This document shows, in pieces, positions 8,338 to 17,585 of a DNA stretch of 64,000 nucleotides. Made by a program: the position numbers and the translations under genes. Every line of letters begins with the position of its first letter. Positions within the stretch are counted from its first letter, which is position 1. The DNA is taken from IMG/VR virus record IMGVR_UViG_3300040801_004532, positions 184,137 to 248,136 of that record; one strand, written 5' to 3'. The notes beneath the pieces were generated by a model. That model was not told where the DNA came from, did not search any database, and saw only the letters and a program-made list of their open reading frames with translations.

Positions 8338-9234
8338 GTGCTTCGTAAAGTGACAGTAATTGGACTTGGAACTCTTGGTGGGTTCCTTTGCAAGCACATA
8401 TCAGAACTAGAGAATATAAAAGAAATGGTTATCGTTGATAATGATATTGTGGAAAGCAAAAATGTTTTCTCATCTATTTACAAATATTCTCACATTGGCG
8501 AATATAAGGTCGACGCTCTAAAGGAAATAATTGAGGACGATGTTGCTGTCACAATCAGGAAACAAGATTATAGAGAAGGAAGTACAATTTTACCACTCAG
8601 CGATCTAGTAATTGATTGTCGTGATGTGGTTTGTGATAGAAAAGGCGAAATTGATGTAAGATTATTTATATCAGAAAGAATTCTTATTTTCGATTGTAGA
8701 AAATTTGTCAGAAATACTTGTAGTTATGATGGTAGTTATTCTTTAAAATTGAACAAAAGCGAAATAAACAAAGCAGCCTTTTTCGCTGCTCAAATAATAA
8801 ATAGCGAAGAACTCCCCGATATGATAAAAAATAATATGGTTCAAAGAATTGATTTAAATCTATTGCCATCTGTAATGAGCAGAGCAATAAGAAGAACCCT
8901 TGAAAATAAGATAGATATAATTTATGATCTAACAGAGAATGCAAGAAGGTTACATTGCATTGATGAAAATATCCGACCAATCTTAACATTAAATAAACAA
9001 AAAGATACAAAAGTTTTTGTTGGTACAAGGGATGATACCAGAAAATTTCCAGAGGTAATAACGAGCAAGTATCAAATAATACCACAAAATTCATTAAAAG
9101 ATTCTTTCGATGTAATTCAAAAGTTAACTGAAGTTGTTCAAAGACAACCAGGCGTAAGAAATTTCATAGTTACAGTAAGGAGCGAAAATGGGGAAGATTT
9201 TGTCGAGTTACTGGAAGAAACAGGAGCCGCGTGA
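8338..9234 (+). CDS. Second ThiF/E1-like Rossmann protein, truncated fold plus unknown C-terminal domain
   Basis: VIGLGTLGG, VDNDIVESKN, YKVDAL, DLVIDCRD. Likely start is GTG 8338 after SD GAGAGG, because the track start at 8281 runs through the hairpin. Confidence 0.7.
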   Translation: MLRKVTVIGLGTLGGFLCKHISELENIKEMVIVDNDIVESKNVFSSIYKYSHIGEYKVDALKEIIEDDVAVTIRKQDYREGSTILPLSDLVIDCRDVVCDRKGEIDVRLFISERILIFDCRKFVRNTCSYDGSYSLKLNKSEINKAAFFAAQIINSEELPDMIKNNMVQRIDLNLLPSVMSRAIRRTLENKIDIIYDLTENARRLHCIDENIRPILTLNKQKDTKVFVGTRDDTRKFPEVITSKYQIIPQNSLKDSFDVIQKLTEVVQRQPGVRNFIVTVRSENGEDFVELLEETGAA

Positions 9235-9661
9235 ATTTATCGAAGATCGAATAACAATATGGGGGTATAACCCACACCTACCAGTAGTTGAAGAAGCCCA
9301 TGTATACGAAGGCATAATTGTTCCTGATAGGATGATAAAAGACAAAAATGTTTATCAGATTGTACAATTAGACGAGCTTTATTATATAAACGGTTTCGTA
9401 GTAATAACAGAAAATGAGTTAGTTAAAAATGTAATTTTATTTGGTTATCATCCAAATCGAGATCCAGAAACACATCTATATTGTTTACCCGACAGAAAAA
9501 AGAATATTAAATTTACACAAGAATATTTTAGTTTGTTGATGACTAACATCAAGACATATTATCTTGATGATTGCTTTTATATGCCCGGCAAACATCAGGT
9601 CAAATATAAAAAATTAAAGTCGTTGTATGTTCAAATGAACGAAGGAGAAAAACATGGATGA
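9188..9661 (+). CDS. Putative E2/UBC-like conjugating protein
   Basis: FGYHPNRDPETHLYCLP matches the E2 active-site pattern HPN-x(7-8)-hydrophobic-C-L. Lies at the end of the E1/JAB/Ubl operon. Start uncertain. Confidence 0.55.
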   Translation: MGKILSSYWKKQEPREFIEDRITIWGYNPHLPVVEEAHVYEGIIVPDRMIKDKNVYQIVQLDELYYINGFVVITENELVKNVILFGYHPNRDPETHLYCLPDRKKNIKFTQEYFSLLMTNIKTYYLDDCFYMPGKHQVKYKKLKSLYVQMNEGEKHG

Positions 9662-9878
9662 AGAAAAGAATAATATAATGGAAGACTATATAAGGTCCTT
9701 GATTAAAGATGAGTTAAAAAACATAGATGTAATATTAAAAAAGGAAGAAGCCAATGAAATAGTAAAGGCAATTATGCCACAATTAGATAGCTTAATAGCA
9801 GATCGTATAAAGCTGCATTTTTCAGAGCTGGCGAAAATGGTCCAGCAAAAATTTGGTGGAAGTGACAAAGGAGAGTAG
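9654..9878 (+). CDS. Small helical hypothetical protein immediately upstream of beta'
   Basis: SD GAAGGAG, overlaps upstream stop, ends 3 nt before rpoC. Confidence 0.6.
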   Translation: MDEEKNNIMEDYIRSLIKDELKNIDVILKKEEANEIVKAIMPQLDSLIADRIKLHFSELAKMVQQKFGGSDKGE

Positions 9879-9881
9879 ATA

Positions 9882-12548
9882 ATGCCAAAGTTATTGGATT
9901 ATTCTGCATTTTGTGAAAACCTAGAGGAAGTTTCCTCTCTAAAAGTGTTTGGAAAGAAAAAGTTTCATCCACATGGTCTGTTCTCCGAGCAAATTTTCGG
10001 CCCGATAAAAAATTATACTTGCCAATGTGGCATCTATTATGGAATTTCTAAATCGGGCGGTAAATGCGACCTTTGTGGGGTCGATATTGTTAATAGTGAT
10101 GAACGAAGAAAAAGATTTGCAAAAATCAAAATACCAATACCAGTTGTCAATCCAATCTTTTATGATTTGCTTGCAGAGATTGGAGGAAAAACATTAAAGC
10201 ATGCAATTGATGAATTGATGCGTAATGACAAAAGCTTCCTTTATATGGATGGCGGTGAGCATATTATCAGCACAGATGAACCCCCAGATGGAGTACGAAT
10301 ATACGAAAGAACAGATGCAATAATGAAGCTAGTGAGTGATCTAGCAAATCTGTTTGCAAACGATGGGGTAGAAGAATGGAAATTAATTACAAACAATATA
10401 GATAGCCTTTTGATAAACCAAATAATCGTTTTACCTCCGGATCTCAGACCAACATCTGCTTCTGGTGGCGGTAAACATTTGATGGATAAAATCAATAGGT
10501 ATTATGTTCAGATATTAACAAAGAAAGAAATTATGAAAGATACAATGCTTGATATTATACGAGACAAGAAATTATATTATACCTACTTCAAGCAATTGCA
10601 GAAAGATGTAAATGAATTATACCATCGTATATTAGAAAAGATGGCTAAAAAAGAAGGGTTGATCAGAGGAAACATTTTGGGGAAACGAATTGATTTCTCC
10701 GGTAGAGCAGTCATTACTCCTGATCCAACCCTCAACCTTGATGAGTGTGTTTTACCATATACAATGGTTCTGGAGATATTTAAACTTCCGATTGCAAAAC
10801 GAATCATTCAGCTTGGTAAATTTAAACTATTGAATAAAGCTATTGATTTTGTTGATAGATGTATTGAAACAAATTCTCCAGTATTATGCAAAATCTGTGA
10901 AGAGATAACCAAAGATGAGGTATGTATTCTAAACCGTCAACCATCTCTTCATAAACTTGGAATGCTTGGATTTAATATTAAACTAACATTGGATAAGGTT
11001 ATAAAAATACATCCGCTTGTTTGTCCTCCATTCAATGCAGATTTCGATGGAGATCAAATGGCAGTTTATATCCCAATTACAGAAGAAGCAAAACAAGAAG
11101 TTCGTGAAAAAATGTTTGTTACAAAAAATCTAAGTAGTCCGGCAAATGAGGGGTTGACAACAACACCGAGTCAAGATGTAATCCTTGGTATTTATTTTAT
11201 CACATCAGAAGATTATCCAGATCGAGAAGAAGGTTTTAAAATTTTCAATGACTGTCTGCCTTCTGATTATCCAGAAATAAAAGAAATCATAAATAAAAAT
11301 AAATTGATGGTTATTTTAAATGATATTAAAGATAGATATCCAGAAAACACAACAATGAAAGTACTAGATTCAATTAAAAGAGTTGGTTTCAAATATGCAA
11401 CTCTTTTAGGTTCAACAATGTCACTTGATGATTTTGATATTGCTGGCGTCGAAAAAGTGAAGAGTGATATATTTGGAAAAGATGATGTAAGAGAGCAATT
11501 AACCGCTTTTTCTAATCCAGAAGTAACCAGTTTTCTAAAAGATAATTTTCCATATGCTTACATGATCGAATCTGGAGCAAGAGGAAGCTGGGATCAAGCC
11601 AAACAGCTAATATTGGCAAGAGGGTTCATCTCAAATTTTGAAGGCGAAATTCTTCCTGTACCGATTAAACATAGTTTGGTTGAAGGGTTAACTCAAGAGG
11701 AATTCTTTTATTCAACATATGGATGTAGAAAAGGTCTTCTTGATGTTGCGTTGAATACAGGTACAAGCGGATACTTATCTAGAAAATTAATTTTTACATG
11801 TGCGAACCTTCAACTAGATGAAGGACTTGATGATTGCGGAACAACTGACCTATTAGAAGTCGATGTTAAAAACGAAAGAAAAGCAAGAATGTTAGTTAAT
11901 CGCTATTATCTAAATGGCGGAAAACTAGTAAAAATTACACCAGATAACTATAAAGATATAGTTGGAAAAACAATTGAAATAAGAAGTCCGATTTTATGTA
12001 ACTCGCCAAAACTTTGCAAGATTTGTTACGGCGATCTTCATAAAAAATTAAACAGTAGGTTTGTTGGAATCATTGCAGCTCAAACATTGGGCGAGCGAGG
12101 AACTCAGCTTGTATTAAGAACCTTTCATACATCTGGTTCAGCGATTATCAAAGGGGTCGATGATTATAAAGATCAATCAATGAGACAAAGTGATATTATT
12201 GGAGATCTTGCATCGGTCGCAAGGATGCTACATAAATTTACAGGCAAGACATACGTTCAAATAGTAGACGAATTATTTGAGGTTTACAATAAAGATATTT
12301 ACCATGTCCATTTTGAATGTGTAGTTGCACAGCTAATGTGGCACAATAATAAAAAGTGGAGATTATTGAAAAATAGAGATACGGTAAAACCAACGTATTA
12401 TAGTATTCAATCAGTGCCAAATCAAGAGAGTTGGATATTGGCAATGGCATTTTCAAACCCCAAGCGTAGCATTTTACGGGGTATTGTATATGAAGGTAAA
12501 TATTCAGGGATAATGGACAAAATTCTCAAAGGAGAAAAAATTGAATGA
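9882..12548 (+). CDS. rpoC: DNA-directed RNA polymerase beta' subunit (phage-encoded, compact, unsplit)
   Basis: HGLFSEQIFGP, Zn site CQCG..CDLCG, LGKRIDFSGRAVI, LNRQPSLH, catalytic FNADFDGD, SGARG, SGYLSRKL, TQLVLRTFH. Confidence 0.97.
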   Translation: MPKLLDYSAFCENLEEVSSLKVFGKKKFHPHGLFSEQIFGPIKNYTCQCGIYYGISKSGGKCDLCGVDIVNSDERRKRFAKIKIPIPVVNPIFYDLLAEIGGKTLKHAIDELMRNDKSFLYMDGGEHIISTDEPPDGVRIYERTDAIMKLVSDLANLFANDGVEEWKLITNNIDSLLINQIIVLPPDLRPTSASGGGKHLMDKINRYYVQILTKKEIMKDTMLDIIRDKKLYYTYFKQLQKDVNELYHRILEKMAKKEGLIRGNILGKRIDFSGRAVITPDPTLNLDECVLPYTMVLEIFKLPIAKRIIQLGKFKLLNKAIDFVDRCIETNSPVLCKICEEITKDEVCILNRQPSLHKLGMLGFNIKLTLDKVIKIHPLVCPPFNADFDGDQMAVYIPITEEAKQEVREKMFVTKNLSSPANEGLTTTPSQDVILGIYFITSEDYPDREEGFKIFNDCLPSDYPEIKEIINKNKLMVILNDIKDRYPENTTMKVLDSIKRVGFKYATLLGSTMSLDDFDIAGVEKVKSDIFGKDDVREQLTAFSNPEVTSFLKDNFPYAYMIESGARGSWDQAKQLILARGFISNFEGEILPVPIKHSLVEGLTQEEFFYSTYGCRKGLLDVALNTGTSGYLSRKLIFTCANLQLDEGLDDCGTTDLLEVDVKNERKARMLVNRYYLNGGKLVKITPDNYKDIVGKTIEIRSPILCNSPKLCKICYGDLHKKLNSRFVGIIAAQTLGERGTQLVLRTFHTSGSAIIKGVDDYKDQSMRQSDIIGDLASVARMLHKFTGKTYVQIVDELFEVYNKDIYHVHFECVVAQLMWHNNKKWRLLKNRDTVKPTYYSIQSVPNQESWILAMAFSNPKRSILRGIVYEGKYSGIMDKILKGEKIE

Positions 12549-15544
12549 AAATAGTCAATCCTACCTACAAAATTCAGGATGAAGACAATAGCATCTTCAC
12601 TCTGAGAAAACGGGACTACGAAAATATTTTACCCTTAGCGAGACAAATTCTTGAACCAGTAAGAGAAATTGGTTTCGAAATTACAGAACTTGAACTAAGA
12701 GATTCAAGATTTTCTTCCGGTGAACTTTCAAGAACGATAAAGCAAACTCTTGTTATTCGCCTTCAAAAAGGAACCTCAAATATTGATCTTTCAATATTCG
12801 TTCCAAAATTAGTTGACGACAATTATATATTTATCAATGGAAGGAAAAAGATTCCGTTATTTCAATTATTTGATATTCCTGTTGTAACAAGGGGCGAGTC
12901 GATAAAATTAAGAACTAATGTAGCAACATTGATGGTGGTTGTAGAAAAAGAGGAACCAAAAATTAATATAAGTTTTCTCGGAAAGAAAGTGCCTCTATCA
13001 TTATTGATGTTAGCATATTATGGCCCAGAAGTACTAAACAAACGATTTAATTTATCACAGTTCAATATAAAAGATACAAGTAATTTAATGGAGTTGTTAA
13101 TCGAAGATATAAAACTATTTTGGATTGAGTCAAAGGGTTATACCCAAGATGATTTTATAGTTGAATTAGGACGCGATTATTCAAGATATAATGCAAAATC
13201 AAAGGGCGAAGATGTTGTATATGCCCTAGATTTGATTCCAAAAATTGATCCAATCACAGCTCAATTTTTACAAACCGGATCAATTATCGAAGAGTTATTA
13301 TTGGCATTACAAACAGGCGATATAGATGATACGTTATTTACAAATAAGAGAATTAGATGTTTTGAATATATGATCTTTTCTAAACTATCTAAAATTGTTT
13401 TCGATCTTTGTTTTTCAAACAGGACAAGCAGACAACCAAAATTCAACATTAACTCAAATCAAATTATTTCAGAATGTAATGTTTCAGATATTGTTCAGTT
13501 TGATTTTTCAATCAACCCAATTGAAGAATTAACTAAAATGTCAAGAGTTAGTCTTTTGGGTCCAGGCGGATTTAAAAGAGAAAACATTCCAAGGCATTTA
13601 CGAGATATTTGCCCGTCGATGTTTGGACGGATTTGTCCGGTTGATACACCAGATCGTGATAATTGTGGTGTATTGCAAAATTTTGTTTCAAATGTGAAAC
13701 TTGAGGAAAACATGAGGTTCTCAGAGGAAATCTCTGAACAACCAATATCAATTCCTGTTTCGATGGTTCCGTTCTTGAAGAATGATGATCCAACCAGATT
13801 ACAAATGGCATCATCACAAATGAGACAGGCGATTCTTTTAAAAGATTTTGATGAACCCATGATAAAATCTGGATGTGAGGGACTATATACAGACAAAACC
13901 CAATTTGTCAAAAAGGCGAAGAAAAATGGGGAAGTGATCCACGTTGACAACAAGTATTTAATTGTAATCTATGATGATGGTGAAGCAGAAATCTTTGACA
14001 TAATGTATCGAAAAATTTATGTTGAGCACATGGATTTTATGAATATCTATGTCAAAGCGGGTGACAAGTTCAAGGCTGGGGATATACTTGCTGAAAGTAA
14101 TTTTTGTAAAGATGGAAATATATGCTTTGGAAAAAATCTCTTGACAGGAGTTATGGTTTACTACGGTAATAATTATGAAGATGGAATTGTTGTTTCAGAT
14201 AGACTTGTTAATGAAGATGTTTTAACATCAGTACATTTTAAAGATCTATCATTTACACTACCACCAAATAAGGTCTTGTTATCATTACAAGAAGGAAGAT
14301 ACAAGCCGTTGCCGAAAGCTCTGGAACAATTAAGCGCAGGGTCTCCTTATGCAAAGATAAAAACTCTTTCTACCGATGATATGTATTCTGTATTTTCAGA
14401 AGAAATTTCATTGGAAGCTGAAAAATCATTTATTATTCCTGAGGTAAATATCTATGCAAATACATGGAATGATGAAATTCCTGAGTTCAATGACTGGATT
14501 GAAAAGACAGTCAGTGAACAACAAGAGCGAGATGCAGGATTAAGAAAAATTATAAAGGACAAACTTCCATCCGAAATATCTAAGAAATTCATTAAGGAAA
14601 GCGGATTGGAACTGTCTTCATTTGTTGGAAAGTATAAAATGAAGCGAGAAAAAATAAACGGCATCCATATTGAAATGTATGGTATTCACTTTAGAAAAAT
14701 AAAAGTGGGTGATAAAATAGCGAACAGGCATGGAAATAAAGGAGTTATTTCCAGAATTGTTCCTCATGAAAAGATGCCAAAATTAGAAGATGGAAGACAT
14801 CTTGATATCTGCATCAATCCATTGGGTATTATCTCAAGAATGAACATCGGACAGTTGTTCGAATTGCAATTATCAATGTCTTTATATGATTTACAACAGA
14901 CATTGCTAAAAATGATTAACGAAGAAAAACCCCAAGACGAGATTAAAAAATATCTTATGGGGTATATAAATACTGTGGATAAAACAAAAACCGGATGGTA
15001 TTCAGAGCAATTTGAGAATCAATTACCAAAAGAAATCACAAACGAATTTGTTGCAACCTTAGTTTTAATTCAACCACCTTTTGAGTCATGTAAATTAGAT
15101 GATATTAAAAAGGCTCTTGAATATACCGGTACCGAATTTAAACAAAAGGTTTATGATCCGTTATCAAAAACCTATTTTAAAAATCCCATTGCTGCAGGTT
15201 ACATTTATTTCCTAAGGATGGTTCATATTGCAGAAGAAAAATTAGCAGCGAGAGGCATTGGAGCATATGCAAAAAGAACCCTTCAACCATTAGGGGGAAG
15301 GAAAAATAAAGGTGGCCAAAGATGCGGCGAAATGGAAACAGCTTGTATTATTGGTCATGATGCACCAATAAATCTATTTGAATTTCTTACTACAAAATCT
15401 GACTGTATAGATTTGAAAAATTTGTACATCAGGAAGTTTATTGATCCAAATTTAGTTGACGAAAGTAAAGAGGTTGATTCCATTCCGGAATCTGTAAAAT
15501 TGTTAAATGCGTACTTAACAGTTATTGGAGTAAAACAAAAATGA
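12545..15544 (+). CDS. rpoB: DNA-directed RNA polymerase beta subunit (phage-encoded, unsplit)
   Basis: GRICPVDTPDRDNCG, MASSQMRQA, NYEDG, GDKIANRHGNKGVIS, INPLGIISRMNIGQ, GGQRCGEME. ATGA overlap with rpoC. Confidence 0.97.
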   Translation: MKIVNPTYKIQDEDNSIFTLRKRDYENILPLARQILEPVREIGFEITELELRDSRFSSGELSRTIKQTLVIRLQKGTSNIDLSIFVPKLVDDNYIFINGRKKIPLFQLFDIPVVTRGESIKLRTNVATLMVVVEKEEPKINISFLGKKVPLSLLMLAYYGPEVLNKRFNLSQFNIKDTSNLMELLIEDIKLFWIESKGYTQDDFIVELGRDYSRYNAKSKGEDVVYALDLIPKIDPITAQFLQTGSIIEELLLALQTGDIDDTLFTNKRIRCFEYMIFSKLSKIVFDLCFSNRTSRQPKFNINSNQIISECNVSDIVQFDFSINPIEELTKMSRVSLLGPGGFKRENIPRHLRDICPSMFGRICPVDTPDRDNCGVLQNFVSNVKLEENMRFSEEISEQPISIPVSMVPFLKNDDPTRLQMASSQMRQAILLKDFDEPMIKSGCEGLYTDKTQFVKKAKKNGEVIHVDNKYLIVIYDDGEAEIFDIMYRKIYVEHMDFMNIYVKAGDKFKAGDILAESNFCKDGNICFGKNLLTGVMVYYGNNYEDGIVVSDRLVNEDVLTSVHFKDLSFTLPPNKVLLSLQEGRYKPLPKALEQLSAGSPYAKIKTLSTDDMYSVFSEEISLEAEKSFIIPEVNIYANTWNDEIPEFNDWIEKTVSEQQERDAGLRKIIKDKLPSEISKKFIKESGLELSSFVGKYKMKREKINGIHIEMYGIHFRKIKVGDKIANRHGNKGVISRIVPHEKMPKLEDGRHLDICINPLGIISRMNIGQLFELQLSMSLYDLQQTLLKMINEEKPQDEIKKYLMGYINTVDKTKTGWYSEQFENQLPKEITNEFVATLVLIQPPFESCKLDDIKKALEYTGTEFKQKVYDPLSKTYFKNPIAAGYIYFLRMVHIAEEKLAARGIGAYAKRTLQPLGGRKNKGGQRCGEMETACIIGHDAPINLFEFLTTKSDCIDLKNLYIRKFIDPNLVDESKEVDSIPESVKLLNAYLTVIGVKQK

Positions 15545-15717
15545 CCTCATCGACAGCCTTTTCAAATTACAATATGTATTTTACTATCAACAAACTTTAC
15601 AAGTCATCTTCTACTGAGCCAAATAAGGCTGAGAAGCAATGTACCGAGACAGATACGCCCAAAGAAAAAATAAAGGAAACATCTTTTATGTTCGATACCT
15701 CGGAGTTAGACATATGA
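15541..15717 (+). CDS. 58-aa hypothetical protein missing from the ORF track
   Basis: Translated by hand as MTSSTAFSNYNMYF..SELDI. ATGA overlaps at both ends (rpoB stop and next start) suggest translational coupling. Confidence 0.6.
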   Translation: MTSSTAFSNYNMYFTINKLYKSSSTEPNKAEKQCTETDTPKEKIKETSFMFDTSELDI

Positions 15718-16031
15718 AACCAACATGTCCGATTTGTGGTGGAGAAATTTTACTTGAACATATATTAAATTTATCTCATGTATATAAAATAGATAAAGAT
15801 AAATTTATAAGAGAGGACAACAATGATTTAATTAATAGTGGGGGATGGGTTCGTTTAATCTGCGAAAATGACAGAGAGCATCAATTAGAACCCACCCCCA
15901 CATCAGATATACCATATAATGATTTTATAGAATGGAAAGACGCTATCACTGATAAATTTTATGATTCTTGTGATAAAAAAAATATTGAAGGAGAACTAAT
16001 TCATGGAATGTTTGCCAGATATTCAGTGTGA
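15714..16031 (+). CDS. Zinc-ribbon protein
   Basis: Likely start ATG 15714 after GGAG. MKPTCPICG ... LICENDREH. Confidence 0.55.
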   Translation: MKPTCPICGGEILLEHILNLSHVYKIDKDKFIREDNNDLINSGGWVRLICENDREHQLEPTPTSDIPYNDFIEWKDAITDKFYDSCDKKNIEGELIHGMFARYSV

Positions 16032-16866
16032 CTCTCCCAATGTCCCTATTCCAATTCAGCAGGTTGGAGTTGAAAATGTTGAGGTCCCTTTTAGAATCGA
16101 ATCGAAATATGGGGGATATTATCAACTCAACGCAAATGTATCAATGAGGACAAATCTAAATGAAAAGACAAAGGGAATTTCAATGTCCCGCCTGCTCTTA
16201 ACATTGAAACCATATTTGGATTTGCCTCTGAAGCATACTCTTATAAAACAAATTTTAATTGATTTGAAAGACAATGTTGGCAGCGAAGCAAGTTATATGA
16301 AATTTGAATTTCGAATGCCAATTAAAAGAAAATCTATTAAATCAGATAATGAATTTCCAATCTATTACAAATGTAGGTTTGAAGGACAACTTATTCAAAA
16401 TGATAACGGTTCAAATGACAGTTTATTCAGATTTTACCAAGGAGTTGTAATTCAATATGCTTCGTATTGTCCTTGCTCAGCAGAATTATGCAATGATCTA
16501 ACAACAAAAGGAAGTATTGGTTTTCCTCATAACCAAAGATCATTTGCTGATATTCTTGTTGAAGTACAGGAAGATTATTATGTTTGGTTAGAAGATATTA
16601 TTGAAAGCGTTGAGTCAAAAATCAAAACTCTTCCATATCCTGTTATCAAAAGGGTTGATGAGCAAGAGATTGCAAGAGTTGCAGCCGAAAATCCAATGTT
16701 CGTTGAAGATGCGATAAGATTGATTTCACAATCATTAAACCAAAATGAAAAAATCCATGATTGGATTGTAAAATGTAGTCATCAAGAATCAATTCATACA
16801 TCTGAGGCAATTGCAATTAACTGGAAAGGTATTAACGAAGGGTTTAACGGAAGGCGATATTTATGA
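16003..16866 (+). CDS. folE2: GTP cyclohydrolase I type B (FolE2/MptA family)
   Basis: PIQQVGV, KGISMSRL, YCPCS, HNQRS, FVEDAIR and ESIH..A are the family motifs. Confidence 0.93.
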   Translation: MECLPDIQCDSPNVPIPIQQVGVENVEVPFRIESKYGGYYQLNANVSMRTNLNEKTKGISMSRLLLTLKPYLDLPLKHTLIKQILIDLKDNVGSEASYMKFEFRMPIKRKSIKSDNEFPIYYKCRFEGQLIQNDNGSNDSLFRFYQGVVIQYASYCPCSAELCNDLTTKGSIGFPHNQRSFADILVEVQEDYYVWLEDIIESVESKIKTLPYPVIKRVDEQEIARVAAENPMFVEDAIRLISQSLNQNEKIHDWIVKCSHQESIHTSEAIAINWKGINEGFNGRRYL

Positions 16867-17567
16867 TAAATGTTGGGATTTCTTATAGATTTTTTGATAA
16901 TTACCCAGAGTTTCCTATCCCGAAAGATATCCAATTATCATATAAACTATATGAGGATTATATTAAAAATCGAGAAATCATCCTACATTCCATAGAAAAA
17001 AATAATATAAACTTACTAGCATCACACCTGCCCCTTGATACATTAAAAACAGAGTTTGAGAAAATCGGTGAGATGATCCAACAAATTGCCCTTTCGACAG
17101 GATGCTCAAAATTTGTTATTCACCCCAATAGGAATATTGAAAAATTCCTTGACTTTTTTATAAGATGTGTCCCAGCTCCAATCACATTATGCATTGAAAC
17201 ATTCGGATGGAAAAGCAGGAAGGTGTTCAGAACTCCGCTAGATATTATATGGGCTATCGAACAGTTTGGCAACGGAAGAATGTCAATGGTGATTGACACT
17301 TCACATATTGAAAGTCTTTGGTTTGACTACAAAATAATGCCATCGCTTCTTAGATATACCTCATTGATCCATCTATCAAATAGGGCAAAAGGACTGGGAC
17401 AACATCTTCCGTTTAATCATGGGGAAGGGAATTTAAATTTAGTTTCTTTTATAAAGGATCTTAAACATAGATATAATTGGTCAGGTGATATTATTTTGGA
17501 ATATATGCCAGAATATAGACACAAACTATTAAAGAACGAACAGTATATAAAGGAATTATTAAAATAA
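16863..17567 (+). CDS. Xylose isomerase-like/AP endonuclease 2 TIM-barrel metalloenzyme
   Basis: VIHP, CIET, IDTSH, IHLSN, QHLP, ILEY give the family metal-ligand pattern. Confidence 0.75.
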   Translation: MINVGISYRFFDNYPEFPIPKDIQLSYKLYEDYIKNREIILHSIEKNNINLLASHLPLDTLKTEFEKIGEMIQQIALSTGCSKFVIHPNRNIEKFLDFFIRCVPAPITLCIETFGWKSRKVFRTPLDIIWAIEQFGNGRMSMVIDTSHIESLWFDYKIMPSLLRYTSLIHLSNRAKGLGQHLPFNHGEGNLNLVSFIKDLKHRYNWSGDIILEYMPEYRHKLLKNEQYIKELLK

Positions 17568-17585
17568 ATCTTGAAAGGATTGTAA

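Noticed and set aside
7726-8459. Overlapping alternative ORFs around the Ubl gene (7726-8064, 7812-8180, 7851-8189, 8202-8459)
   Set aside because: They are by-products of the local high GC (few stop codons) and have no SD or motifs.
2778-9661. Host anti-phage CBASS or Bil system
   Set aside because: No CD-NTase or effector, no E1-E2 fusion, and the genes are embedded in a phage operon. Most have phage-like AT content.
9882-15544. Bacterial chromosomal rpoBC locus or prophage in a host chromosome
   Set aside because: Order is reversed, the subunits are short, there are no ribosomal protein genes or integrase, and the neighbours are terminase, sheath and baseplate genes.
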